A program made the position numbers and the translations under genes. From Candidatus Bathyarchaeia archaeon (lineage in GTDB: Archaea > Thermoproteota > Bathyarchaeia > Bathyarchaeales > Bathycorpusculaceae), in contig JAVZNE010000004.1 of the NCBI GenBank assembly GCA_038882975.1, forward strand, positions 37,127-101,126: DNA of 64,000 bases, read 5' to 3'. The notes beneath the pieces are model-generated. The model had not been told where the DNA came from and did no database searches. It saw only the letters and a program-made list of their open reading frames with translations. Positions 39,116 through 49,594 of the stretch are shown here, one piece after another. Every line of letters starts with the position of its first letter. The first letter of the stretch is position 1.

Positions 39116-40654
39116 ATGGCGATTGGCATGCAAAAACAAGAAGAGGCAAGGTTTGAAACTTACTCAACAAGCCTATGTCCAGAATGCCTAAACAGGGTTC
39201 CCATGAGAATCTATGAGGAACACGGCGTAATATACCTTGAGAAAACATGCCCAGAACATGGAAAGTTTGAAGATGTTTACTGGGGGGACGCTGAGCTTTT
39301 CAAATGGATTTACAGAGAATGGTACAACGCTAAATACATCGGAAGTGGATTAGAGAACCCCCACACAAAAACCGTTAAAGGGTGTCCCTACGACTGTGGC
39401 TTATGCACCCAACACAAGTCCTACACGGTTTTAGGCATAATAGACGTCACAAATCGGTGCAATATGGCTTGCCCCGTCTGCTTCGCCTATGCCGGGGCGG
39501 TCAACTATGTCTATGAACCAACATACGAACAGATTGTAGACATGATCAAACTGCTTAGAAACAATAAGCCATGGGCTTGCAATGCGCTTCAGTTCAGCGG
39601 GGGCGAACCAACAATAAGAAATGATCTGCCACAACTGGTCGCGGAGGCGAAAAAGGCGGGTGTGGAGCACGTGGAAGTGAACACTAATGGCTTGCGCCTT
39701 GCAGAAGACATCGACTACTTCAAAAAGCTTTTAGACGCCGGCATGAGCACACTTTACCTTCAATTTGACGGTTTAAGGGAAGAAATCTACAAGAAAACAA
39801 GGGGCAGAACAGACCTCGTAAAAATCAAGCATAAGGTTTTGGAAAACGCTAGAAAAATAGGCTTAGACTCGATAGTTTTAGTCGTAACCCTTGCAAGAGG
39901 TGTAAACGACAAAGACCTCGGCGACATAGTACGCTATGCAGTTGAAAACCACGATGTTGTTAGATGCATAAACATTCAACCCATTTCCATGGCTGGGAGA
40001 GCCCGAAGTGACGAGATGCGGAAAATGCGCATAACAGTGCCAGACACCATTAAACTGATAGAGGAACAGACAAACGGAATTGTCACGCGTTGGGACTGGC
40101 GTCCCGTCAATTGGCCTGTTCCAATTTCCAAGGGCATGAGCATTGTAAAGAATAGGGTTTATCCAGAATTCACAATGCATCCCATGTGTGGAGCGGCAAC
40201 CTTCCTTGTTGTTGAAAAGGACGGTTCATACAAGCCCATTACGCAGTATGTGGATGTTGACCGTTTCGCCGAAATCTTCTGGAACATCTACTATTCTGGC
40301 GTTAAGGGCAAGAGGACAACAGCGAAAATGAAGATGTTGGAACTATTGCCATTAGTGAAGTCGCCGCTTGTTAGAGGCTTGCTTAAAGATGTTATAACGA
40401 AGGGAAGTTATGAAGCGCTTGGAAACTTCATGCGCAGGATAGTCATGATTGGGATAATGCACTTTATGGACGTCTGGAACTTTGACCTAGACCGCGTCCA
40501 AAGATGCGTTATACACTATGCAACGCCCGACGGCAAAGTTAGACCTTTCTGCACATACAACAGCCTCCACAGAAACAATGTGGAGAAACAGTTCGCCATT
40601 TCGGTAGACGAATGGACTAAAAAGTTTGGAAAGAGGCTAAGCGAGCCGGTTTAA
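39116..40654 (+). CDS. tes: Tetraether lipid synthase (Tes/GDGT-MAS, MJ0619 family radical SAM)
   Basis: N-terminal CPEC..CPEH, CPYDCGLC, CNMACPVC, HPMCG, MHFMD..NFD..R..RC.IHY..PDG...PFC.YN. Confidence 0.88.
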   Translation: MAIGMQKQEEARFETYSTSLCPECLNRVPMRIYEEHGVIYLEKTCPEHGKFEDVYWGDAELFKWIYREWYNAKYIGSGLENPHTKTVKGCPYDCGLCTQHKSYTVLGIIDVTNRCNMACPVCFAYAGAVNYVYEPTYEQIVDMIKLLRNNKPWACNALQFSGGEPTIRNDLPQLVAEAKKAGVEHVEVNTNGLRLAEDIDYFKKLLDAGMSTLYLQFDGLREEIYKKTRGRTDLVKIKHKVLENARKIGLDSIVLVVTLARGVNDKDLGDIVRYAVENHDVVRCINIQPISMAGRARSDEMRKMRITVPDTIKLIEEQTNGIVTRWDWRPVNWPVPISKGMSIVKNRVYPEFTMHPMCGAATFLVVEKDGSYKPITQYVDVDRFAEIFWNIYYSGVKGKRTTAKMKMLELLPLVKSPLVRGLLKDVITKGSYEALGNFMRRIVMIGIMHFMDVWNFDLDRVQRCVIHYATPDGKVRPFCTYNSLHRNNVEKQFAISVDEWTKKFGKRLSEPV

Positions 40655-40684
40655 GAGAAGCTGTCAATAAAGAAATAGGGAAAG

Positions 40685-42418
40685 CTAGGTTTTAGCAGCC
40701 AGTTTTTTAAGTTCTTCTTCTCTTAAAACTCTGCGGAGAACCTTGCCAACAGCACTTAGCGGAAGTTCCTTGCGGATCTCCAACTCCCTAATCGCCTTGT
40801 AGGGTGCAACCTTCTCGTTCACAAACTTCATAAGCTCTTCTTCGGTGGCGGTCATCCCCTCCTTCAGCACGACGAAAGCCTTTGGTATTTCACCGGCAAT
40901 TGGGTCTGGTTTGCCGATAACCCCGCAGAGTTTCACGGCGGGATGCTCGTATAAGACGTCTTCAAGCTCCCTCGGATAGACGCTGTAACCCTTATACTTG
41001 ATTAGGTCTTTCTTCCGGTCTGTTATGTAGAAGTAGCCGTCCTCATCCATTTTACCAATGTCGCCAGTGTAAAGCCAGCCGTTTCTTAAGACTTCGGCTG
41101 TTTCCTCCGGCATTTTCCAGTAGCCCTTCATCACCTGCGGCCCCTTAACTATCAGTTCGCCGATTTCTCCCGGCGGAAGCTCTTTTTCGCCAGTTTCTAT
41201 ATCAACTATTTTAGCGTCGGTGTCAGGCCACGGAATCCCAATTGAGCCTATTTTCACGGTTTTCATGGTTTTATCAAGCGGGTTAGCATGTGTCACGGGT
41301 GATGACTCTGTAAGTCCATAACCCTCGACTAAAACGCCGCCGGTTACCTCCATAAACTTCTTTTGAACTTCTGGTGGGAGTGGAGCCGCACCAGATACGC
41401 AGAATTTTATTGATGTGAGGTCGTATTTTTTGAGGTCTGGGTGGGCTATGAGCATGGCGTACATTGTTGGTGCTCCACAGAATACTGTCACTCTATATTT
41501 GTGGATGGCTTCCAGGACGGCTACTGGGTCGAAGCGGGGCAGCATAACCATTGTTCCGGCGAAGAATATTGGGGCGTTCATGCTTGTTGTCATGCCGTAA
41601 ATGTGAAAGAGTGGAAGAACCGTTAAAACAACTTCTTCCCCCTCGTTGGCTTGAAGCCATTCTCTGCACATAACGGCGTTTGAAACAAGATTCATGTGAG
41701 TAAGCATGGCTCCTTTAGAGATGCCGGTGGTTCCGCCTGTATATTGGAGGGCAGCCAAATCCTCCCGCGGATTTATTTCAACTTTTGGCGGTTTGGCCTC
41801 GTATCTTGCCATGAGTTCCGTGAAGAAGTAGACGTTCGCCCTGCGCTCTACCTTGCGGGATGGAATCTTTTTCAACAGAGAACCAAGAACCGCCTTAAAA
41901 GTTGGCATGTAATCCTTTAGGCCTCCCACTATAACATTTCGAAGCTTTGTTTTCTCCCAAACCTTCTCAACAATTGGATAAAGCATGTCTAAAACAGCTA
42001 TTGTTTCAGCTTCAGAATCATTTAATTGGTGCTCAACCTCTCGTTCCTTGTAGAGTGGACTTATCGCTGTTACAATCGCCCCAGCCTTCAAAACACCATA
42101 ATACGAAATTACAAACTGCGGAATGTTTGGAAGAAATATGGCAACTTTGTCTCCTTTTTTCACTCCCAAATCCACTAGGGCTGTTGCGAACTTGTCAGAA
42201 AGCAGATCCAGCTCTCTAAAGGTTATCTTTCTGTCAAAGTAGATAATTGCAGTTTTATCTGGATATTTTCTGGCAGAATCCCTCAAAAACTCGAAGAGGG
42301 GCACCTCTGGATAGTCTATGTGTTTTCTAACGCCTGGAGGCCAAAACTTGTACCATGGCTTTTCCGGTGGCTTTTCAATTTTCTCCTCTTCAACCTTCTT
42401 TTTCCTTTTCGCTGGCAT
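40685..42418 (-). CDS. fadD: Long-chain fatty acid-CoA ligase
   Basis: YTGGTTGISKG, EGYGLTE, TGDIG, SAVGKVLRR. Confidence 0.92.
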   Translation of the reverse strand: MPAKRKKKVEEEKIEKPPEKPWYKFWPPGVRKHIDYPEVPLFEFLRDSARKYPDKTAIIYFDRKITFRELDLLSDKFATALVDLGVKKGDKVAIFLPNIPQFVISYYGVLKAGAIVTAISPLYKEREVEHQLNDSEAETIAVLDMLYPIVEKVWEKTKLRNVIVGGLKDYMPTFKAVLGSLLKKIPSRKVERRANVYFFTELMARYEAKPPKVEINPREDLAALQYTGGTTGISKGAMLTHMNLVSNAVMCREWLQANEGEEVVLTVLPLFHIYGMTTSMNAPIFFAGTMVMLPRFDPVAVLEAIHKYRVTVFCGAPTMYAMLIAHPDLKKYDLTSIKFCVSGAAPLPPEVQKKFMEVTGGVLVEGYGLTESSPVTHANPLDKTMKTVKIGSIGIPWPDTDAKIVDIETGEKELPPGEIGELIVKGPQVMKGYWKMPEETAEVLRNGWLYTGDIGKMDEDGYFYITDRKKDLIKYKGYSVYPRELEDVLYEHPAVKLCGVIGKPDPIAGEIPKAFVVLKEGMTATEEELMKFVNEKVAPYKAIRELEIRKELPLSAVGKVLRRVLREEELKKLAAKT

Positions 42419-42473
42419 ATTAAACCCTATTAGAGATATTTGCGGTTTTTGGAGTAATAATACTTTCCATGAT

Positions 42474-42905
42474 TTATTCTGGTCGGGTGAACTCGTATGT
42501 TGGACGTCCTTCGGGTGTCAGCTTTGCCACAAGTTTGGCTTTCATTCCCACTTTAACCTCTGAAAGCTTAAAGCCCGTAAGCCACGCAAGCACCTTAACG
42601 CCTTCCTTCAGTCTGCCGATGGCGATGGTGTAGGGCTTCTCCTGCTGGAAGGATGTTGGTCTAACAACTACATGCGTGAAAGTTTCAATTGTCGCCTCGT
42701 TGCTGAGTTCAACCCAATTCATGTCCGAGAATAAGCAGTCTGAGCAGTCAGCAACTGGCGGAAAATACAGTTTTCCACATTTTCTGCACTTTGTGGCTAG
42801 GATTTTCCCCTGTTTAAGGGCTTCCCAAAACTGAAGCGTCTTGCTTACAGGAATATCCTGTACAATTTTTACTTCTCTTGATTTTATGGAGGGCATAACA
42901 GCCAT
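42474..42905 (-). CDS. DUF35 Zn-ribbon/OB-fold thiolase partner
   Basis: CRKCG..FPP..DC..C plus OB fold; adjacent to the thiolase. Confidence 0.92.
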   Translation of the reverse strand: MAVMPSIKSREVKIVQDIPVSKTLQFWEALKQGKILATKCRKCGKLYFPPVADCSDCLFSDMNWVELSNEATIETFTHVVVRPTSFQQEKPYTIAIGRLKEGVKVLAWLTGFKLSEVKVGMKAKLVAKLTPEGRPTYEFTRPE

Positions 42906-42909
42906 CTTC

Positions 42910-44082
42910 TCATCTCCTTAAAATTGTCACGTAACAGTAGTGTCCGGTTCCGCCCACATTGTGGGCCAGGGCTACGTAATTTTTCATTGGAGCTTGCCTG
43001 CTCTTCTCAACAGCCTCTTCTCTCAGCTGTTTTGTCAACTCGTATATCATTGAGCAGCCGGTTGTGCCAATCGGGTGACCTTTGGCTTTTAAGCCGCCGT
43101 CGACATTCACCGGGATTTTTCCGCCTATTTCAGTTTGTCCCTCTCTGATTAGTTTGGCGCCTTCGCCCTTCTTGCAGAAGCCTAAATCTTCGTATGCCAT
43201 TATTTCAGCTATGGTGAAGCAGTCGTGGACCACTGCAACGTCAAGCTGGTCCGGTGTTACATTCGCCATTTTGTAGGCTTTTTGGGCTGCTGCCACGCTG
43301 GCTTCCAATCCCACATAGTCAAGCCTCTTACTCATGTTAGCTGTTCCAGAGGCGTATCCGATGCTTGCAACCCAAACTGGCGTGTCAACCTTAAGCTCCT
43401 TAACCTTCTTTTCAGAGGCTAGGATTACTGAGGCAGCACCGTCAGAAACTGGGCAGCAGTCGAAGAGTTTTAGTGGAGCGGCAATAACCATGGAAGATAA
43501 CACGTCGTCAACTGTTATTCTGTTTTGGAGATGCGCTATAGGGTTCATTGAAGCGTACTTGTGGTTTTTAACAGCAACTAAAGCCAAATCCTCTTCTGTT
43601 GTGCCGAACCTTGCCATGTGGGCGGTTGCATACAAAGCATAATAAGCCGGGAAAGTCAAGCCGAAGTTGTGGAACTCCCATAGGTAGTATCCAGCTCTAC
43701 CAATCCACTCCATCATTGTGGGAGTATCAATCTCCCGCATCTTCTCAACACCCAAAGCCGCTGCAATTTCGGCTTGCCCGCTTGCCACAGCCCAGTAGGC
43801 TGTAGCGAAGGCGGCACTTCCACTTGCACATGCGGCTTCACAGCGCACAAGCCCAGCCCCGGTTAAACCACAATACTCGGCTGAAACCACGGCTGGGAGA
43901 AGCTCTTCATACCATGCTCCGGCTCCTGTTGAGCCGACGGCGACAAATTCTATGTCTTTTGGCGTTATCCCAGCATCCTCAATTGAAGGCTTGAAAGCTT
44001 CAAAGGCAAGTTCCGCCACATTAACATCGTTTCTAACTCCAAACTTGGAGCTCCCAACACCAATGATTGCAACTTTCCTCAT
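42910..44082 (-). CDS. Archaeal-type thiolase (acetyl-CoA acyltransferase)
   Basis: EAACASG, HDCFT, KGHPIG, HNVGG. Confidence 0.94.
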   Translation of the reverse strand: MRKVAIIGVGSSKFGVRNDVNVAELAFEAFKPSIEDAGITPKDIEFVAVGSTGAGAWYEELLPAVVSAEYCGLTGAGLVRCEAACASGSAAFATAYWAVASGQAEIAAALGVEKMREIDTPTMMEWIGRAGYYLWEFHNFGLTFPAYYALYATAHMARFGTTEEDLALVAVKNHKYASMNPIAHLQNRITVDDVLSSMVIAAPLKLFDCCPVSDGAASVILASEKKVKELKVDTPVWVASIGYASGTANMSKRLDYVGLEASVAAAQKAYKMANVTPDQLDVAVVHDCFTIAEIMAYEDLGFCKKGEGAKLIREGQTEIGGKIPVNVDGGLKAKGHPIGTTGCSMIYELTKQLREEAVEKSRQAPMKNYVALAHNVGGTGHYCYVTILRR

Positions 44083-44149
44083 ATCACCACTCTTCCATTC
44101 GCCATTCAAATTTTGAACAATTAAAAATGTGGGGAATGTGGGAGTGTTT

Positions 44150-44938
44150 TTACTTTCCTTTAAACTCGGCCTTCCGCCTCGACATGAAGGCTTCTACACC
44201 CTCTTTCAAGTCTTCTGTTGAGAAGGTTAGACCCATAAGAGCTGATTCTATGCGTAAGCCTGCATCCAGCGGCACTTGTGTTCCAAAGTTTATGGCGAAT
44301 TTCGCATACTTCAGCGCTATTGGTGGTCCCTCGCTTAGTTTTTTGGCTAAATCGCGAACCTCGTCCCTAAGCTTCTCGTAATGCACAACTTTGTGAACCA
44401 AGCCAATTTTTAGGGCTTCTTCAGCCTTAAGCCTTGTTCCAAGCATAACCATCTCCTTAGCCTTTGCCAAGCCAACAATCCTCACAAGCCTTTGGGTTCC
44501 ACCCCATCCGGGAATAAGCCCTAAGTTTACTTCTGGGCTTCCCAGCTCCGCATGTTCTGCGGCTATTCTAAAGTCGCAGGCCAACGCCAGTTCTAAACCT
44601 CCGCCTAAGGCAAAGCCATTAATTGCCGCTATAACCGGCTTTGACATTTCCTCAATTTTACTGAAAACCTTCTGTCCCAGCCTAGAAAACTCCTCAGCCT
44701 TAACGGGTGTTGCCTTTGGAAACATTGTCACGTCTGCACCAGCACTGAAGGACCTATCACCTTCGCCAGTTATCACAACGCATCTAACGGATGGGTCTCT
44801 GTCAGCTGTGTCTAGGGCGTCTGCAAGCTCCTCCATTAAAACATCGTTGAAGGCGTTCAACCTATGCGGTCTGTTTAGGATTATCCATAGAACACTGTCT
44901 TCCCTCTCAATTTTTATGGTTTCATACGCTTTGCTCAT
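44150..44938 (-). CDS. Enoyl-CoA hydratase (crotonase)
   Basis: FSAGAD, GGGLELALACD, PE..LG..PGWGGTQRL. Confidence 0.95.
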   Translation of the reverse strand: MSKAYETIKIEREDSVLWIILNRPHRLNAFNDVLMEELADALDTADRDPSVRCVVITGEGDRSFSAGADVTMFPKATPVKAEEFSRLGQKVFSKIEEMSKPVIAAINGFALGGGLELALACDFRIAAEHAELGSPEVNLGLIPGWGGTQRLVRIVGLAKAKEMVMLGTRLKAEEALKIGLVHKVVHYEKLRDEVRDLAKKLSEGPPIALKYAKFAINFGTQVPLDAGLRIESALMGLTFSTEDLKEGVEAFMSRRKAEFKGK

Positions 44939-44989
44939 GATTTCACCAAACCATGTTTTGTGGAATAGCCTATATTACTTTTGGGAGAT

Positions 44990-46144
44990 TTAGAACTTTC
45001 TTAGGAGATACTTGAGCACTGTAAGCTTTTGGATTTCGCTGGTGCCTTCGTAAATCTCGGTTATTTTTGCGTCTCTGTGGTATCTTTCAACACGGTACTC
45101 GCCCAAATAACCATAACCACCCAATGTTTGGATAGCGAAGTCTGTAGCTTCCATTGCCACGCGGCTTGCGTACTGTTTTGCCATGGCCGTCGCCATGGGG
45201 TCCATTTTTCCAACATCTATGAGCCAAGCAGCCTTGTAGGTTAGGAGCCTCGCAGCCTCTATTTTTGTGGCTAACTCCGCCAACGTACAGCCTATGGCTT
45301 CATGCTGGATTATTGGCTGTCCGAAGGCTTCCCTCTGCTTTGAATATTTAAAGGCTATTTCCCACGCTCCTTGAGCCATGCCAACGGCTTGGGCTGCCAC
45401 ACCAACCCTTGTTTTGTCGAAGAACTCCATGGAGTAATAGAAGCCTCTGTTAAGCTCGCCCACAATATGCCAGTCTGTAACCTTAACATTGTCAAAGCGC
45501 ACCTCACCAGTTACGGAACACCGTATTCCCATCTTGTTATGAAGCTTTGTTGTTTCCAGCCCAGGCGTTCCTTTATCGACGACAAAGAGGGTTTCGCCGC
45601 GATATGTTGGTCTAACCTTTGTATCTGTTTGGGTTAAGACGACAATGAAGTCTGCTATTGTAGCGTTTGTTATGAAGGTTTTTGTGCCATTTATCCACCA
45701 TTCGTTTCCATATTTTGTGGCCGTTGTTTCCATGCGGGTTATGTCACTTCCGCTGATATTTGGCTCTGTAAAGGCTGCCGCTGATGTAAAATCACCTCTA
45801 CAAATTGGCGGTAGATACTTTTCCTTCTGCTCTTTACTCCCATAAGCCAATATCAGTTCGCTGCCGAAATTTCCGCTTGAAATAGCCACACCAAGCGAGG
45901 AATCTGCTCTACACATTTCCTCGATCACAAGGCATGTTTCCAGAAGCCCATATCCTTGCCCTCCATACTCCTGTGGGATGAACATGCTTGTAAAGCCCAG
46001 TTTGGCGGCTTTCCTGTAAAGCTCCATGGGGAATTCTTCTTTTCTATCAAGTTCCAAAGCTAATTCCGGTTTGAACTCCTTTTCGCAGAACTCCCTCACA
46101 GCGTTTATTATCCCAATCTGCTCTTCTGTCAATTCAAATTTCAT
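44990..46144 (-). CDS. Acyl-CoA dehydrogenase
   Basis: FTEP..GSD, NGTKTFITN, GGYGY, IYEGTSEIQ. Confidence 0.95.
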   Translation of the reverse strand: MKFELTEEQIGIINAVREFCEKEFKPELALELDRKEEFPMELYRKAAKLGFTSMFIPQEYGGQGYGLLETCLVIEEMCRADSSLGVAISSGNFGSELILAYGSKEQKEKYLPPICRGDFTSAAAFTEPNISGSDITRMETTATKYGNEWWINGTKTFITNATIADFIVVLTQTDTKVRPTYRGETLFVVDKGTPGLETTKLHNKMGIRCSVTGEVRFDNVKVTDWHIVGELNRGFYYSMEFFDKTRVGVAAQAVGMAQGAWEIAFKYSKQREAFGQPIIQHEAIGCTLAELATKIEAARLLTYKAAWLIDVGKMDPMATAMAKQYASRVAMEATDFAIQTLGGYGYLGEYRVERYHRDAKITEIYEGTSEIQKLTVLKYLLRKF

Positions 46145-47329
46145 TTAATAGAACCCCCTTCCAGTTTTCTTACCAAGCCAGCCTTTGCTAACATACTCTT
46201 CCAGCAACGGGCACGGCTTATACAGTTCCATGTTGTATTTGGCGTAAAGCTCCTTCAACTTTTTGACAACAACGTCTATGCCGGTTCTATCCGCATACTC
46301 GCATGGACCAGACGGCCAATAAGTGCCAAGCTTCATTCCGGTATCTATATCTGCTGGGCTTGCTGCGCCTTCGTGTATTAGCCATGCAGCCTCGTTTACA
46401 GCTACAGCCCAAGACCTTTCAACATCATATTCCTCCATCAAATTGAAAGGTATCCTCGGCCTACCTTTAGTCCAGTCGTAAAAGCCGACGCCCCCTTTCT
46501 GTCCAAGCTTTTTCTCCTTTACCAGTGGTTCTATGACTTCTGCACACGGTTTGAAACGGTCGCCATAAGTTTCATAAAGGATTCTTCCGATCTCATAAGC
46601 CAAGTCTAATCCCACAAAGTCAGCTAGTTCGAACCATCCCATTGGAAAGCCGCCACTGTATTTAACAGAGGCGTCGATTCCTTCTTTTGTTGCTTCTCCA
46701 CGATGGTAAGCCCAAAAAGCTTCTATCAATACTGCAGCAAGAATTCTATTAACTATGAAGCCCCGCACATCTTTTTTGACGACCACAGGTGTTTTCCCAA
46801 GTTTCTTGGCTAGCTCAACAAGGGTGTCTATCGTTTCTTGGCTTGTTTTTTCGCCTTTAATAACTTCTACTAGAGCCATCATTTGCGGCGGGTTAAAGAA
46901 ATGCATTCCAGCCACTTTTTCTGGACGTTTTGTGGCGTTTCCCATCTCCGTTATGCTCAAGGTTGAGGTGTTAGAAGCAATTATTGTTTGCGACGGTGCA
47001 ATGCTGTCAAGTTTCGCGAAAACTTGCTTTTTTATTTCCATGTTCTCTGGGACTGCTTCTATGGCTATGTCTATGTCTTTGGCTGCCGTCTCATAGCTTG
47101 TCGTGGTTTTTATCCTTGAAAGCGCGGCGTCTGCATCTTCCTGCCTAATCCTTCTCTTTTCGACAAACTTGCCTAAGCTCCATCTGATTTTCTCCAAACC
47201 CTTTTGCAACAGTTCGTCGCTGATATCCACCATCGCCACTTCTAGACCGCTCATTGCTAAAAGCTGCGTTATTCCGTGTCCCATCGCTCCAGAACCAATT
47301 ACAGCGGCTTTCTTTAATTTTTCAGCCAA
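46145..47329 (-). CDS. 3-hydroxyacyl-CoA dehydrogenase (duplicated C-terminal domain)
   Basis: GSGAMGHG, ASNTS, HFFNP, GFIVNR, GKKTGRGFY. Confidence 0.95.
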   Translation of the reverse strand: MAEKLKKAAVIGSGAMGHGITQLLAMSGLEVAMVDISDELLQKGLEKIRWSLGKFVEKRRIRQEDADAALSRIKTTTSYETAAKDIDIAIEAVPENMEIKKQVFAKLDSIAPSQTIIASNTSTLSITEMGNATKRPEKVAGMHFFNPPQMMALVEVIKGEKTSQETIDTLVELAKKLGKTPVVVKKDVRGFIVNRILAAVLIEAFWAYHRGEATKEGIDASVKYSGGFPMGWFELADFVGLDLAYEIGRILYETYGDRFKPCAEVIEPLVKEKKLGQKGGVGFYDWTKGRPRIPFNLMEEYDVERSWAVAVNEAAWLIHEGAASPADIDTGMKLGTYWPSGPCEYADRTGIDVVVKKLKELYAKYNMELYKPCPLLEEYVSKGWLGKKTGRGFY

Positions 47330-47431
47330 ACAAATCCTCTCCCAATATAGAGTAGAATGAATAGATGGCATGTGTAATAAAACTTTTGAGAATCAGCCAA
47401 CAACTGTCAAGAAAAATAGGGAGAGAAACGG

Positions 47432-48580
47432 CTATTTCATTAAGAAGTTGATGATGGTTAGCTTTTGGATTTCGCTTGTGCCTTCGTAAATTTCAGTTAT
47501 TTTTGCGCATCTATGGAAGCGTTCCACGTGATAGTCTGCCAAATAGCCATAACCACCAAATATTTGGATGGCATCATCTGTGACTTCCATGGCTACGCGG
47601 CTTGCATAAGCCTTAGCCATCGATGTTGCCGCTGGGCTTGGCTTTTCATGGTCGTATATCCAAGCCGCCTTATACGTAAGCAGGCGGGCGGTTTCAATTT
47701 TCATAGCCATCTCAGCCAACTTGAAGGAGACGCCTTGAAAATTGATTATTGGCTGTCCAAACTGTTTACGGGTTTTGGCGTAGTTTAGGGCTTTTTCAAA
47801 GGCTCCTTGGGCTATGCCGACGGCTTGGGCAGCCACGGTTATTCGGGTTCCATCAAAAAGCTCAAGCGCATAATAGAAGCCTCTGTTCAGTTCGCCCACA
47901 AGATTGTTTGCGGGCACGCGGAGGTCGCTTAACGCTAAAGAGCCAGTGACGCATGGTCTTATGCCCATCTTGCCGTGAAGTTTTGTTGCTTCCAAACCTG
48001 GCATGCCCTTCTCTGCTAAGAAAAGGCTTTGTCCGCGGTGGGGTGGGGTTGCGTTGGGGTCTGTTTGGCATAGGATTATGAAGGTGTCGGCTATTGGAGC
48101 GTTGGTTATGAACTGTTTTGAGCCGTTAATAACCCATTCGTCGCCCACTCTGACGGCTGTTGTGTCCATTTTGGTTATGTCGCTTCCGTGCTCTGGCTCT
48201 GTGAAGGCTGCAGCGGCGATTTTATCGCCCCTAGCCAGTGGTGGAATATACTTTTCCTTCTGCTCTTCCGTGCCATGTCTGAGCAAGACGCCCGGGACCA
48301 TTAGGTTTCCGAGGGAGACAGCTACTCCCAATCCTGGGTCAACGCGGCAGAACTCTTCAACGACTAAGCATTCTTCTAGTACGCCGTATCCTTGCCCATC
48401 ATACTCTTGTGGTATACGCATGCCCGTGAAGCCCAGTTTGGCGGCTTTCCTGTAAAGCTCCATCGGAAACTCTTCTTTCTGGTCGTATTCTAAGGCTAGT
48501 TCTGGTGTGAACTCCTTTTCGGCGAACTCGCGGGCAGCCCGTTTAATCTCCATTTGCTCCTCGGTCAGCTTAAAGTCCAT
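47432..48580 (-). CDS. Acyl-CoA dehydrogenase (paralogue)
   Basis: FTEPEHGSD, GGYGY, IYEGTSEIQ. Confidence 0.95.
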   Translation of the reverse strand: MDFKLTEEQMEIKRAAREFAEKEFTPELALEYDQKEEFPMELYRKAAKLGFTGMRIPQEYDGQGYGVLEECLVVEEFCRVDPGLGVAVSLGNLMVPGVLLRHGTEEQKEKYIPPLARGDKIAAAAFTEPEHGSDITKMDTTAVRVGDEWVINGSKQFITNAPIADTFIILCQTDPNATPPHRGQSLFLAEKGMPGLEATKLHGKMGIRPCVTGSLALSDLRVPANNLVGELNRGFYYALELFDGTRITVAAQAVGIAQGAFEKALNYAKTRKQFGQPIINFQGVSFKLAEMAMKIETARLLTYKAAWIYDHEKPSPAATSMAKAYASRVAMEVTDDAIQIFGGYGYLADYHVERFHRCAKITEIYEGTSEIQKLTIINFLMK

Positions 48581-48601
48581 ACAGACTCCTCCATTGCTAG
48601 G

Positions 48602-49591
48602 CTATGCTTTTTGAGCTTTTAACTCGCTGATTTTGTTTTTCAGCACTGGCACAACCTTGAACAAGTCTTCAACAACGCCATAGTCTGAAAAGCTGAATAT
48701 CGGAGCCTTCGGGTCTTTGTTCACAGCAATTATCAAATCAGAGTTTTTCATTCCGAGGACATGTTGGAAGGCTCCGCTTATGCCTAAGGCTATGTAGAGC
48801 TTTGGCTTAACAGTTTTTCCAGAAGTTCCCACCTGCCGGTCACTTGGAAGCCAACCCTTATCAACAATTGGACGCGAACACGCCAGCACTCCACCCAGCA
48901 TTTTCGCCAACTCTTCCACCATTGGTATGTTGCCCTGGTCTTTAATGCCTCTTCCAATGCCAACAAGCACTTCTGCGGCTGTTATGTCAACGCCTCCCGG
49001 CGGTGGCAAAACATATTCCAAGAACCGTTTAGTGGTTATTTCCTCTGTTAGGGGTGATGGAACTTCAACTATTTGCCCGTTTAATGGTGTGGGTGGTTTT
49101 TGAGCTTGGAAGGCTGCCTGGCGCACCGTGACCATGTAGCTTTCAGCCTTGCGGAGCATCGCCTTAACATTTACTTTCCCACCATACATCTGCCTCGTAA
49201 CAGTGAATGCGTCGCCTTCAAAAGCTAGTTCTATGCAGTCCGTCGCTAACGGAATGTTTAGGGCTACCGCAAGTCTAGGAGCAAGTTCAACACCATAAGA
49301 TGTGTGCCCAATAATTGTCAGAAGGGGCTTATGCTCCTTGATTAGATGAGAAAGAACCTTTTGGTAGGCTTCGGAGTTAAAGTTTTCGAGCTTTTCATCC
49401 TCAACAAGCAGAACTTTTTTGGCATGCTCAGCCAAGTTTTTGGCGTGTTCACCAACATTCTTGCCCAAAATAACAGCTACCGGTTCAGCGTTTGTTTTCT
49501 CAGCTAGTTCTCTGGCTTTCGTCAGCATTTCAAAAGTTATATCTCTTAATTGTCCTTGCCTATGCTCAGCTAACACAAAAATTTCAGTCAT
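48602..49591 (-). CDS. etfA: Electron transfer flavoprotein alpha subunit
   Basis: GRGI, QVGTSGKTV.PKLY, GISGAFQH, NKDPKAPIF. Confidence 0.96.
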   Translation of the reverse strand: MTEIFVLAEHRQGQLRDITFEMLTKARELAEKTNAEPVAVILGKNVGEHAKNLAEHAKKVLLVEDEKLENFNSEAYQKVLSHLIKEHKPLLTIIGHTSYGVELAPRLAVALNIPLATDCIELAFEGDAFTVTRQMYGGKVNVKAMLRKAESYMVTVRQAAFQAQKPPTPLNGQIVEVPSPLTEEITTKRFLEYVLPPPGGVDITAAEVLVGIGRGIKDQGNIPMVEELAKMLGGVLACSRPIVDKGWLPSDRQVGTSGKTVKPKLYIALGISGAFQHVLGMKNSDLIIAVNKDPKAPIFSFSDYGVVEDLFKVVPVLKNKISELKAQKA

Positions 49592-49594
49592 ATC

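Noticed and set aside
42474-44082. Mevalonate-pathway thiolase/HMG-CoA synthase/DUF35 complex
   Set aside because: No HMG-CoA synthase nearby; the context is a beta-oxidation operon
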